Shown: positions 17,664 to 26,036 of the stretch, piece after piece
Layout of the letters: every line of letters begins with the position of its first letter
Position numbering within the stretch: position 1 is the first letter of the stretch
From: Pyrobaculum calidifontis JCM 11548
GTDB taxonomy: Archaea > Thermoproteota > Thermoprotei > Thermoproteales > Thermoproteaceae
Assembly: GCF_000015805.1 (NCBI RefSeq)
Contig: NC_009073.1
Location: 660,001-692,000 of the forward strand
Length of the DNA stretch: 32,000 bases
Reading direction: 5' to 3'
The notes under the pieces: model-generated
What the model saw: the letters and a program-made list of their open reading frames with translations, nothing else
Databases searched by the model: none
What the model was told of the DNA's origin: nothing
Made by a program: the position numbers and the translations under genes

Positions 17664-18006
17664 CGGCGCCGAAATCCCTCAAAAAGTCGATCCCCCACTG
17701 GAGAAGCCGGTACTCAAGCACCGATGCAAGCGCCGAAGCCTCAAAAGCCCTCATCATATTCACAATACGCCTAGCCTCCTCCGACCGCAACCCCGCCCTC
17801 CTCAGCGCAATGTACAGTAAGGCCCTTTCGCTGAGGTTGGGGTGCTTGACCTCTAACACGTTGCCCTCCACCCGCCAGTCTACACCCTCGTCAAAGGCTA
17901 TAAACAGCCTAAAAAGCGGCGGAAACTCGCCCAGCTTAACACCGCTCCGAAACTTAAGCCTCCCCAACTCCACTACGGCATACTTAGACAAAAACCTCAC
18001 TCTCAT
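17632..18006 (-). CDS. Hypothetical protein (124 aa) coupled to the upstream ATPase gene
   Basis: Its ATG overlaps the TGA of the 1019-aa gene (ATGA at 18003-18006). Its 3' end overlaps the convergent SNF2 gene by 32 nt. I recognise no motif. Confidence 0.6.
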   Translation of the reverse strand: MRVRFLSKYAVVELGRLKFRSGVKLGEFPPLFRLFIAFDEGVDWRVEGNVLEVKHPNLSERALLYIALRRAGLRSEEARRIVNMMRAFEASALASVLEYRLLQWGIDFLRDFGAAIASLYRRFL

Positions 18007-21000
18007 TCCTCCACAATCTTAGTCCACAGAAGCGCGCCCTTGCCCAAGCTCTCAAGCAGAGACTTATCGACAGTTACAGGCTCCTTAAACTTGACAGTGA
18101 CCCCCACGTTCTGAGTCACCGGCTCCACAGCCTTTATAAGCCGACGAGCCTGCTGCAGATGGCCCCTACGCCCCCTAAACTCCAGCCTGAGATTCAAATC
18201 CTCAGAAGCCTCAATAGCCCTAACTTCGACGACCTCTACAATGTCCTCCTTCAACCTCTCAAGAAGTCGGACAGCCTCAGCCGCAGACGACGCAGACACG
18301 GCCACTACCACGTCGCCCACATTCACCACCGCCGTGGACACCTCGCGCCTCCTTCTCACACGCACATTCAAAACTACGCTCCTCTCCACCACGCTACCAT
18401 CGGCAAACTCTGCAACAATCTTCACCACGTACTGCGGATCCTCCCCAACACGTACTTTAAACTGGAAAAACACGTCGTTAACCGTGGTCTCGTGTTGAAC
18501 GCCTGCAAACTCCCAAATGACGCGGGAAATCTTCTCATCAGACTCCACAGCTATCACAACCTCGTCCCCCGGATTCACCTCAGCCAGAGACGTAACCACA
18601 CCGTTGACTTTGACGTCCAGCCTCTTCTTACGCTTTTCAATGCGGTACTTAGCATGCTTTAGATACATCCAGTCCTCTCTCTCCCTCAAAACGTCTGCGA
18701 GGCTACGCCTCACCTCTTCACCGCCTAGCCTCTGATACGTAAACTCAACAGACCCGCGGCTATCCAAATAGGTAAGAAACTGCTCTACAACAGACTCGTT
18801 GACCGAGCCCTCCACGTAAGCCAGCGCCACCTCGGAATTCCTGGGATCCCTCAGCTCGTAGAAACACCCACCCCCCTCCGAGATCCACTGATACTCGCCC
18901 CCCTCCCTCACCACACAGTTGCAATCCTCTCTACACCTCCTAAGAAGCCCCTCCACAAAGTCGTCAAACGACAACGGGTAAGGCGGCGCATCGTCGTTGT
19001 TAAGCCACTGATCCCACAAGTCGCCAATTTTCACAAAGACTTGCGCCCTCCCAAGCGCCCACTCTATTACAGCCTCGGGCTTGCTACTGCCAAGGTACTT
19101 GGCCAAATACTCCAAGCCCCCAGACGCAGAGATCCGCCTACCCAGGAGGACCTCGTCCAGCCACTTCTCCACATACCTCCTAATGTACGACCTAGCCACC
19201 TCCTTTATACGCTCAAGACGCACCTTCACCCCATCCTCCAGCGCCTGCCTGAGAGCTCTATCCTCCACTTGCACAATGTCGGGAAAGTAGCTCTCCAAGT
19301 CCTCCGCCACTCTGTCAACGGCCACCTTCACCCTGCCCAACATGTACAAAGCCCCAGAAAGCTTATCAGGCGGCACAGCCACCTTGCCCAAAAACTCTTT
19401 CACATCCCCAGGCACAGCCCCCTCCCTCGCCCTTACCACAAACAGGTTGTTACGCCTAGGCACCTGCGCCGTCCCCCTGAGGTCCACCAAAAGCGCCGAG
19501 AAGTCCCGCTCCCCCACGTAGTCGGCGGCCTTCTTTGCATCGTCAAAAGAGGACACCCCCTCAGCCTTCCCCTCCTTCCACCCAAGCACTGCAACGCGCT
19601 TGAACCTCTTAGCCACAGACTTGACGAGTTGCTCCACCTCGTCATGGACAGCCTTAGCCCCCTCCTCCTCTGAGACGTACACCAGGGCCTTTGCCAAAGC
19701 CTCGTACTCGTCTGGAAGAGGCAAATAGACGTAGCCCCCCGCGGTCTTCTGCACCCTAAAATCCCCAAGCCTCCTCACCGCGTTAGACACAGGAAGCGCC
19801 CCAAGAACGACATCGTAGTTACCCAAGATAAGCGCGGCCTCATCTGGGTATATCCCACTCCTAGGCATGAGCCTCCCCACAAAGCTACGGTAAATCACAT
19901 GGCGCAGAACCGAGCGGAGGACAAAGTCGTCGCCCGCCGCCTCCTCATCCTTCCTATACAGACCAAGGATGGAGCTCCAGAACTTGCTAAACTCGGGAGG
20001 CGGCTCCACCACCTCGCCAGGCTCAGGCAGATCCCCATGCACCACAAGCCCCCCACCCCTCTCCACCGCGCTCTTCAAAGCCTTCAAGGCAGACTGCAGA
20101 AGGCCCCTAGTGAGCTGAATTCTAGACGCCTTCACAAGGCTCTCCTCGGCGAGCAGGAGGAGCGTCTCAAGCGCCACAGGGTTGAAGGGATACGTCTCAG
20201 CCACCTTCCCATGAAACTCCTTCACCTTGTCCTCCGGCACCACGCCCACGAGATCCCTAAACTCGCGGTAAGGCGGCACCTTGTCAATCCCAGCCCACCT
20301 CCTCACGATATGCACAATGTTCCTCACAGCATCCATCTCAATAATCAGCGGGTCCACCCTCCTCAGCCTTTCCAAGCTAGGCGGCGAATACTGGCCGCTG
20401 GCCAAGCTATACGACACCACCAACGCCTTGCCCGGCCCAGCCTCCACAAACACCTCAGAGAGAAGCTGCATATAGTCCGCAAACTGTGCGCCAAACCTGT
20501 TGTCAAACATCCCAGCCTCGTCAAAGAGGTAGAGGACAGGACCGCGCCCCACCAACTCCCCCCTCAGCAAATCCTTCGTCGGCACGCCGCTCCCCCAAGG
20601 CGGCGACGAAGCGTAACCACCGTGGAAAAGCACCACCCTCAAATCCCCCTCCAAGTCAGGCAACTCCACATCAATCCCATACCTCTTAAGCTCCTTAACC
20701 ACACACTGCCCAACCCCACGACACTCCCTATAAAGAGCCGCCACGTGAAGCACAAACGCCAAAAAGTGCGACTTCCCAGCCCCCAGGTAGGCGGGAAGCA
20801 CAAAGACGTTCTTCCCAGGCCGCCCAGCCAAAACCCCAAACAACACAGACAGCCACCTAACCATCCCCGCCGTGGGGTACGTCACAGAGAAAAACTCCTC
20901 CCTCGAACAATACACCTCGTGACCTGCGACAGGCCGCCCCCCACCAAACAAACAGTCAAACACCACCTTCACATCAACCGCAGGAGATACACCACCAGAC

Positions 21001-21062
21001 ACAAACCTATCCACAACATCAAGCCGCCTAACAAACTCCCTCAACTGCATAAAGCCAAACAC
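18003..21062 (-). CDS. Large P-loop ATPase, DUF499 / BrxC(PglY)-like (about 1015-1019 aa)
   Basis: The Walker A motif is LPAYLGAGKSHF (about 20766-20786) and the Walker B motif is VLYLFDEAG (about 20517-20534), followed by a very long C-terminal region. An alternative start at ATG 21050 fits the tataaaaaat box (21071-21080) better than the GTG at 21062. Confidence 0.85.
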   Translation of the reverse strand: MFGFMQLREFVRRLDVVDRFVSGGVSPAVDVKVVFDCLFGGGRPVAGHEVYCSREEFFSVTYPTAGMVRWLSVLFGVLAGRPGKNVFVLPAYLGAGKSHFLAFVLHVAALYRECRGVGQCVVKELKRYGIDVELPDLEGDLRVVLFHGGYASSPPWGSGVPTKDLLRGELVGRGPVLYLFDEAGMFDNRFGAQFADYMQLLSEVFVEAGPGKALVVSYSLASGQYSPPSLERLRRVDPLIIEMDAVRNIVHIVRRWAGIDKVPPYREFRDLVGVVPEDKVKEFHGKVAETYPFNPVALETLLLLAEESLVKASRIQLTRGLLQSALKALKSAVERGGGLVVHGDLPEPGEVVEPPPEFSKFWSSILGLYRKDEEAAGDDFVLRSVLRHVIYRSFVGRLMPRSGIYPDEAALILGNYDVVLGALPVSNAVRRLGDFRVQKTAGGYVYLPLPDEYEALAKALVYVSEEEGAKAVHDEVEQLVKSVAKRFKRVAVLGWKEGKAEGVSSFDDAKKAADYVGERDFSALLVDLRGTAQVPRRNNLFVVRAREGAVPGDVKEFLGKVAVPPDKLSGALYMLGRVKVAVDRVAEDLESYFPDIVQVEDRALRQALEDGVKVRLERIKEVARSYIRRYVEKWLDEVLLGRRISASGGLEYLAKYLGSSKPEAVIEWALGRAQVFVKIGDLWDQWLNNDDAPPYPLSFDDFVEGLLRRCREDCNCVVREGGEYQWISEGGGCFYELRDPRNSEVALAYVEGSVNESVVEQFLTYLDSRGSVEFTYQRLGGEEVRRSLADVLREREDWMYLKHAKYRIEKRKKRLDVKVNGVVTSLAEVNPGDEVVIAVESDEKISRVIWEFAGVQHETTVNDVFFQFKVRVGEDPQYVVKIVAEFADGSVVERSVVLNVRVRRRREVSTAVVNVGDVVVAVSASSAAEAVRLLERLKEDIVEVVEVRAIEASEDLNLRLEFRGRRGHLQQARRLIKAVEPVTQNVGVTVKFKEPVTVDKSLLESLGKGALLWTKIVEE

Positions 21063-21158
21063 AAAACCACTATAAAAAATTCAAGACGTAACTAAGAGAG
21101 GAACCCGCCGCTACACGTAGGGCGATGGGATTGGCCCTTGCGACAGCCGCCTCTGGGC

Positions 21159-24002
21159 CTACATGAGGAGGGAGGAGGCGCCTAGAATCGCCTCGGCGGC
21201 CTTGACGTCTGGGTCGTCTTTGCTTAACACCCCCGCGTCGCAGAGTTTTACAAAGGCGCGGCACAGGGCGAGGACCTCCTTAAACACCTCCTCGCCGAAC
21301 TTGGCCTTGATTTGGTCAAACTTGAACGAGGGGCTGAGGGCCCCCGCCTCGGCCTCTCTAAACGCCTCCAACACCTTCGACCTGCCCCGCACCTTTCCCA
21401 GCGCCGACACATACGCTGGCACAGACGCCTCGGCCGGCGCCACCACCCTAAAAGACTTACGCTTAGCCACATTCGCGCCGCCGGACTCCACGGGCTCCAA
21501 AAGCCCCGCCTTAACCATGTCGCCGTCTGACAGCCCAGTGGCGTACTGCACATACGCGACTGTGTCGCTGTCAACCACGCCGCGCTCCGACGCGGTGCGG
21601 AGCAGGAGATACGCCAGGGCGTAGGGGTCCCGCACCTCCACTCCCAAAAACCGCAGAGCCCCCTCGAACCCAATCGAGGTGGCGGCCCCCAACACCGACT
21701 CGACGTCCAGGACGGCGCCGGCGTACCTCACCTCCTTAAACCTCAAAAGGGCAGAGAGCCCAGCAACATAGGCGTAGACAAAGAAGTCATGCGAAAACGC
21801 CCTGTACTTCTCAAACTCCTTTGCCACAAGCTCCACCACCTTGGCCCTCTGTGCGGGGTCCGCCAAGTCCACTATCCCCTCCCCATCCACTGCCTCCCGC
21901 CTCCTCCACGCCGCCACGAACCCCCCAAGCACCGACGCCTTGCCCCTCGCCACCACGCTCTCCTCGCTCTCAGTAGCCACAGGATACGCCGCGGTCAGCA
22001 CAAGGCCGCTGCGCCTCCAAAGCGCGTCCACCAGCGCCACCCACGCCTCCGGCTTCTTGGCCACGTAGTACACCACGAGGAGGCCCTCCGGCTTGAGGAA
22101 GCGGAGGATGTTGGAGAAGGCCCTGGCGAGGAGGTCGGCGAAGCCCTCCCTCATCTTAAAGTACTCGAAGCGCCCCTCGTTCTCCGACACCTCCCTCGGC
22201 GCAAAGAACTGCCACTGCGTAGTGACCTCCTCCCCAAACTCGTCGAAAAAGGCCTCGGGCAAAAACCTCGGCACGAGGCGACCGCCATCAACGCCGCTGA
22301 GAGCCCGCTTAAGCCACACGTAGTAGAAGTCGCTAAGCTCCGCATAGGGCACGTCGTCGGCGTAGGGCGGATCAGTGAGAACGACGTCAAACACCTCGCC
22401 CTCCAACTTGCTAAGCGAGGCTGCGTCGTCAAGCAAAACCCTAACCCCACCAGGGCTACCAGAGACCGCGGAGACAAGATAAGACAAGCTCTCAATAACA
22501 GTGTTGACGCTCCGGACGTAGGTACCCGTCCACATTGTCCACGGCGACATGTCGTCCCAATTCCACATCATAGCAATACCTCTCATAGAAAGAGAGTGGC
22601 CCATTATCAACGATCGATTCCACCCAGCTACAATTGAGCTATAATCAACGTATTTGCATAATGCTACCGCTAAATACGTCGTTACCGCTTCTGCGTATTT
22701 GTGGGCGTCTTCTCTGCCCCATCCCTCTCCCAGCTTCTCCTCCTCGGCCAGCCTGCCCGCCTCGCGTATAAGCTTCACCAGCTTGAGCAAAGCAAGAAGC
22801 TGACGCGGGTTGAAGAGCTTAAACCATTCGTCAAAGCCATAGAGAATGGGGAAGAGGTACCTGTTGCTATAAGGCGATACAGGCTCTGTCGGTATGTCTG
22901 GGTCTCCCCACATCTCCCTAAGCTTTTCCGCGGCTTTCCACAGCTTTTCCACGTCTTGGCCGTCTGCTGGCTCGAAGCGTAGGTCTCTGCCCTCCGCCCT
23001 CACCTTGACGAGTAGCGTCGGCCTGGCGGGGCTTCCCCTGAGCTCCTCCAGCGTCGTCTCGCCTCTTAGGTAGCGCTCGTATCTCTCGTTCCACTGGCGG
23101 AGGGCCCACTTGACGTACCAGTCGCCGACTTTCTTCTTGGCGCTCGGCTTCACAATCTTCCCGTCGACGGCGCGGTGGTTTATCTCTGCGCCGCAGTGGA
23201 GGCAACGCGCCGTCTCCCGCCTCGCGTCTATGTTCTTGGCGGGCACTCTGTACTCCCTCCCCCCGGCCTTAACCACGCCGCCCTCCCCCTCCTCGCCCCT
23301 AGCCTTAACCTCAGCCCTAACGCGGCCAAGGTCCACTACCCTCACGCCGTTGTTCCACTCCATCCAGGCCAGCCTCTCGTACTCACTGCCCTTCTTTACC
23401 CTTGCCAGCCACCAGTTCCCCACCAGCGGCGTGTGGCGGCCGCAGGCGGGGCACTTCACCTCCCACGTCCCAATGTAAACAGCGGCGTCGCCGTAAAGCC
23501 CCTTGACGTCGGGGTCCTCCCTCAGCCTCTCCACGACCCACCTCCCCCACTTCTCCACCTCCTTGGCCAAGTCAATCCTCCTCTCGGCGGCCCACTTGGG
23601 GTACTCAAGGACGGCCTTGAGGAAGACGTAGGCCGTGGGGAGTAGCTCTACGGCCGTGGCGTCTAGGCCAAGGCGGAGCGCCTCAAGGGGGATAGAGCCG
23701 AAGCCGGCGAAGGGGTCCAACAGCTTCTTCCCCCTTAGCCTCTCTACTAGGCGGGGAGATGGGTTGCACGTGTGTACCGTCTTTCGCTCGCCTCTGCAGG
23801 GGAAGAGGTGTGTGAGGAATTGTTGTGGGTTTATGTCGTCTAGGAGTGCGGCGGCTATTATCGCCCTGGCGCCGGCGAGGGGCTTTCGGGTCCACCAGAA
23901 CACCATCTCCCAGTGGGGCGGCCTGCCGGGCCCCTTCTCCACTTTTGAAAGTTCGTTGATCTCGTCGATGGGGAGCCCCCTCTCCAGGAGGGTCACGTAC
24001 AC
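21159..24002 (-). CDS. DNA methyltransferase with Zn-ribbon insertion (DUF1156 / COG1743-like, N6-adenine or N4-cytosine class), 947 aa
   Basis: The N-terminus carries FWWTRKPLAGARA (DUF1156-like WWxRxP). Motif I is LLDPFAGFGSIP (about 23697-23717). Cys pairs CPACG and CLHCG form the ribbon. Motif IV is VLTDPPYADD (about 22362-22373). Confidence 0.9.
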   Translation of the reverse strand: MYVTLLERGLPIDEINELSKVEKGPGRPPHWEMVFWWTRKPLAGARAIIAAALLDDINPQQFLTHLFPCRGERKTVHTCNPSPRLVERLRGKKLLDPFAGFGSIPLEALRLGLDATAVELLPTAYVFLKAVLEYPKWAAERRIDLAKEVEKWGRWVVERLREDPDVKGLYGDAAVYIGTWEVKCPACGRHTPLVGNWWLARVKKGSEYERLAWMEWNNGVRVVDLGRVRAEVKARGEEGEGGVVKAGGREYRVPAKNIDARRETARCLHCGAEINHRAVDGKIVKPSAKKKVGDWYVKWALRQWNERYERYLRGETTLEELRGSPARPTLLVKVRAEGRDLRFEPADGQDVEKLWKAAEKLREMWGDPDIPTEPVSPYSNRYLFPILYGFDEWFKLFNPRQLLALLKLVKLIREAGRLAEEEKLGEGWGREDAHKYAEAVTTYLAVALCKYVDYSSIVAGWNRSLIMGHSLSMRGIAMMWNWDDMSPWTMWTGTYVRSVNTVIESLSYLVSAVSGSPGGVRVLLDDAASLSKLEGEVFDVVLTDPPYADDVPYAELSDFYYVWLKRALSGVDGGRLVPRFLPEAFFDEFGEEVTTQWQFFAPREVSENEGRFEYFKMREGFADLLARAFSNILRFLKPEGLLVVYYVAKKPEAWVALVDALWRRSGLVLTAAYPVATESEESVVARGKASVLGGFVAAWRRREAVDGEGIVDLADPAQRAKVVELVAKEFEKYRAFSHDFFVYAYVAGLSALLRFKEVRYAGAVLDVESVLGAATSIGFEGALRFLGVEVRDPYALAYLLLRTASERGVVDSDTVAYVQYATGLSDGDMVKAGLLEPVESGGANVAKRKSFRVVAPAEASVPAYVSALGKVRGRSKVLEAFREAEAGALSPSFKFDQIKAKFGEEVFKEVLALCRAFVKLCDAGVLSKDDPDVKAAEAILGASSLLM

Positions 24003-24198
24003 ACTACAGCCCCTTCTTTAAAGCATGTACATGCGATATAGATAATATGGCGCCTGAATCGTCTTTAATAGCGTTAGATGTGCACATTGTGGTACTTAAG
24101 AATGTAGTTGAGCTTTGGGTCTAGGTCTATATTAAGTATGCAGATGTGTCTACTTTGTTTTTAAACATGCATTTATAAATGTGGGCTGAGCAAGGGCC
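24003..24198. promoter_or_regulatory. AT-rich divergent control region with three palindromes
   Basis: This region lies between the methylase start (24002, minus) and the 264-aa gene start (24199, plus). It contains ctttaaag near the methylase start, gcatgtacatgc (24023-24034), atgtgcacat (24078-24087), and catttataaatg (24170-24181, a TATA-containing palindrome 18-29 nt before 24199). Confidence 0.45.
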
Positions 24199-24993
24199 GT
24201 GGGGTCGCTGGTTAAGGTGGTTGTGTTTCCTCAGGCGGAGGCTAGGTATAGGGTTGTGGATGAGTTGAAGAGACGTGCAGGGGAGGAACTTGTCTACAAT
24301 AGGATCGTCACAGTTATTCCTAGGAGCGATGTTGAGTCTGTGACTTATGACGATAGAGAGGGCCATTTTGAGAGGGGCATTAAGCTCGTGATTCCGCTTA
24401 AGCTGAAGGTCTCAAGGGGAGACGTGCCTCTGCGGGGCTCTGAGGTGTTGGGTGAGGACTATTTTAGGCTTGAGGTGGAGGTTCCTGAGGAGGTGGTGAC
24501 TCTTAGGGGGGAGTGGAGGGTGAAGAGGAAGGTGACGTGTAGCTTCTTCTACTATGTGGATAGGGATTTGGAAGATGTTGCTGTATTGACTTCCGCAGAG
24601 GGCGTTAAGGCGATTAATGGGGCTGTGGAAGCGCTTAGAATGCTCCACATCTATGTGCCTGATACTAGGCTTGAGCTTCCGAGGGGTCAGAAGTTTAGGG
24701 AGATGTTGAGCAGGCTGGGGGAGCTCGGGTGGATTTCTATCTCTGAGATCCAGGACGTGAGCATTAGGTTCGCTATTGTGAGTGGGAGGTGGCTTGAGAG
24801 GCATCCTGTTGTGTCTGACTTGTCTGAGCGGGGGCAGGTCACGGCCCTGGTCATAAATAAGGAGGGCTTGAGGCTTATACTGAGTGTGAGGGGCATCTAC
24901 GTTCAGCAGCGCCTTGCGGAGGTCGCCGTGGCGGAGCGGGTGGCTGAGGTGGTGAAGGTGTTGAAGGAATTCGGCGTGTTTAAACCCGGTTGA
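24199..24993 (+). CDS. Hypothetical protein (264 aa)
   Basis: Clean ORF with a GTG start and protein-like composition. I recognise no motif. Confidence 0.6.
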   Translation: MGSLVKVVVFPQAEARYRVVDELKRRAGEELVYNRIVTVIPRSDVESVTYDDREGHFERGIKLVIPLKLKVSRGDVPLRGSEVLGEDYFRLEVEVPEEVVTLRGEWRVKRKVTCSFFYYVDRDLEDVAVLTSAEGVKAINGAVEALRMLHIYVPDTRLELPRGQKFREMLSRLGELGWISISEIQDVSIRFAIVSGRWLERHPVVSDLSERGQVTALVINKEGLRLILSVRGIYVQQRLAEVAVAERVAEVVKVLKEFGVFKPG

Positions 24994-25648
24994 GTATTTC
25001 GGCGTATATCTCCTCCATATTTGCTATGGACGGCGGTAGGTCTACCACGACCGTGGTTTTGTGTGTATACACCTTTAGGTCGAGTTGTCTCTTTGCCAGG
25101 TAGTCCTGTATCTTTGCCGCGGCTTTTTGTGCGTTATTCTGGTCTAGGTAGTAGACCTCTATTCTACCGGCCCAGCTCATTGCCCCAAGCTCGCTGTATG
25201 TCAATTTGACGAATTCGCGGATTGCCGCCGCCACGTCCTCGCTCTTCGCTCCCAGCGGCACTAGGAGGAGGGTGACGTCGGTTGAGTGGTCCCTCTCCAC
25301 CTCTGGCGCCTCCACCTCTATGCCGAAGGCCTCTCTGAGGAGCTCGCTGTCGGGTATGGTGTCTTGGGAGGTGTACCATGTGGCTAATATGTACCCACGG
25401 CCGCTCTTGTACAGACACGGGAGTATCTTCTCGTCTTTGCATACATAGAGCCTCATCAGCGTGCTGTCTATGTGCTTAGTCGCGGTGGAGCTTCTGAAGA
25501 ACGCCGTTATGTAGATTTGCACAAGCTTCTTGGCCTTCTTTATCTCTGTCTCTAGGTATTCCCTAATTTGCGGCGCTACGTCGAGACCGAGCTTGACTAG
25601 CGATATCACGCTCCTTATCAGCTCGACTGTGGCGGTGGCCTCTGTCAC
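24980..25648 (-). CDS. Hypothetical protein (222 aa)
   Basis: The ORF has a GTG start, with its own AT-rich box (ttatttaag, 25668-25676) in the 29-bp gap after the MazG-like gene. Its 3' end overlaps the convergent 264-aa gene by 14 nt. Confidence 0.6.
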   Translation of the reverse strand: MTEATATVELIRSVISLVKLGLDVAPQIREYLETEIKKAKKLVQIYITAFFRSSTATKHIDSTLMRLYVCKDEKILPCLYKSGRGYILATWYTSQDTIPDSELLREAFGIEVEAPEVERDHSTDVTLLLVPLGAKSEDVAAAIREFVKLTYSELGAMSWAGRIEVYYLDQNNAQKAAAKIQDYLAKRQLDLKVYTHKTTVVVDLPPSIANMEEIYAEILNRV

Positions 25649-25677
25649 GTTATTTAATTGCTGTGGTTATTTAAGTT

Positions 25678-26034
25678 TTAGAACCTCTTCATGTTTTCTT
25701 CCAGTTTTTTGAAGTATGCCTGTTCTAGGTCTATGCCGAGGAAGCTGGCCATGGTTAGGACGTAGATGAAGACGTCTGTCAGTTCCTCCTCTATCTTTGG
25801 CAGAGCCTCTTGAAGCGTGAGGCCTTTCCCTCCGTATACGGTGGCGCGGACTACCTTTTTGACGACGTTGGCGAGCTCTCCCACCTCGCCGGCGAGGGCG
25901 TTGGTGAAGTACTCAAGCCGCAGGGCGGCGTCTCGGTCGCCTTCTACGCGCCAGAAGTGTGGGAACTTCTCTCCGGAGAACTGGGCCTGTATCTTGGCGA
26001 GCTCTCTCAGCTCCACTTCCGCCCCCGCGCGCAT
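25678..26034 (-). CDS. MazG-like all-alpha nucleoside triphosphate pyrophosphohydrolase (118 aa)
   Basis: The metal-binding motifs LAGEVGELANVVKK and IEEELTDVFIYVL are followed by LGIDLEQAYFKKLEENMKRF. This is the canonical small MazG/type-2 dUTPase-like pattern. Confidence 0.85.
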   Translation of the reverse strand: MRAGAEVELRELAKIQAQFSGEKFPHFWRVEGDRDAALRLEYFTNALAGEVGELANVVKKVVRATVYGGKGLTLQEALPKIEEELTDVFIYVLTMASFLGIDLEQAYFKKLEENMKRF

Positions 26035-26036
26035 GT

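Noticed and set aside
18187-18203. A tRNA T-arm-like sequence, tgaga-ttcaaat-cctca.
   Set aside because: It lies inside the ATPase CDS, its stem has a mismatch, and there is no acceptor, D or anticodon arm around it. I consider it a chance match.
19899-21095. A 398-aa plus-strand ORF, plus several shorter plus-strand ORFs between 18159 and 20689.
   Set aside because: These are antisense shadows of the 1019-aa ATPase gene. Their extreme P/R/H/K/L composition has no motifs, as expected from the complement of a G/A-rich coding strand.
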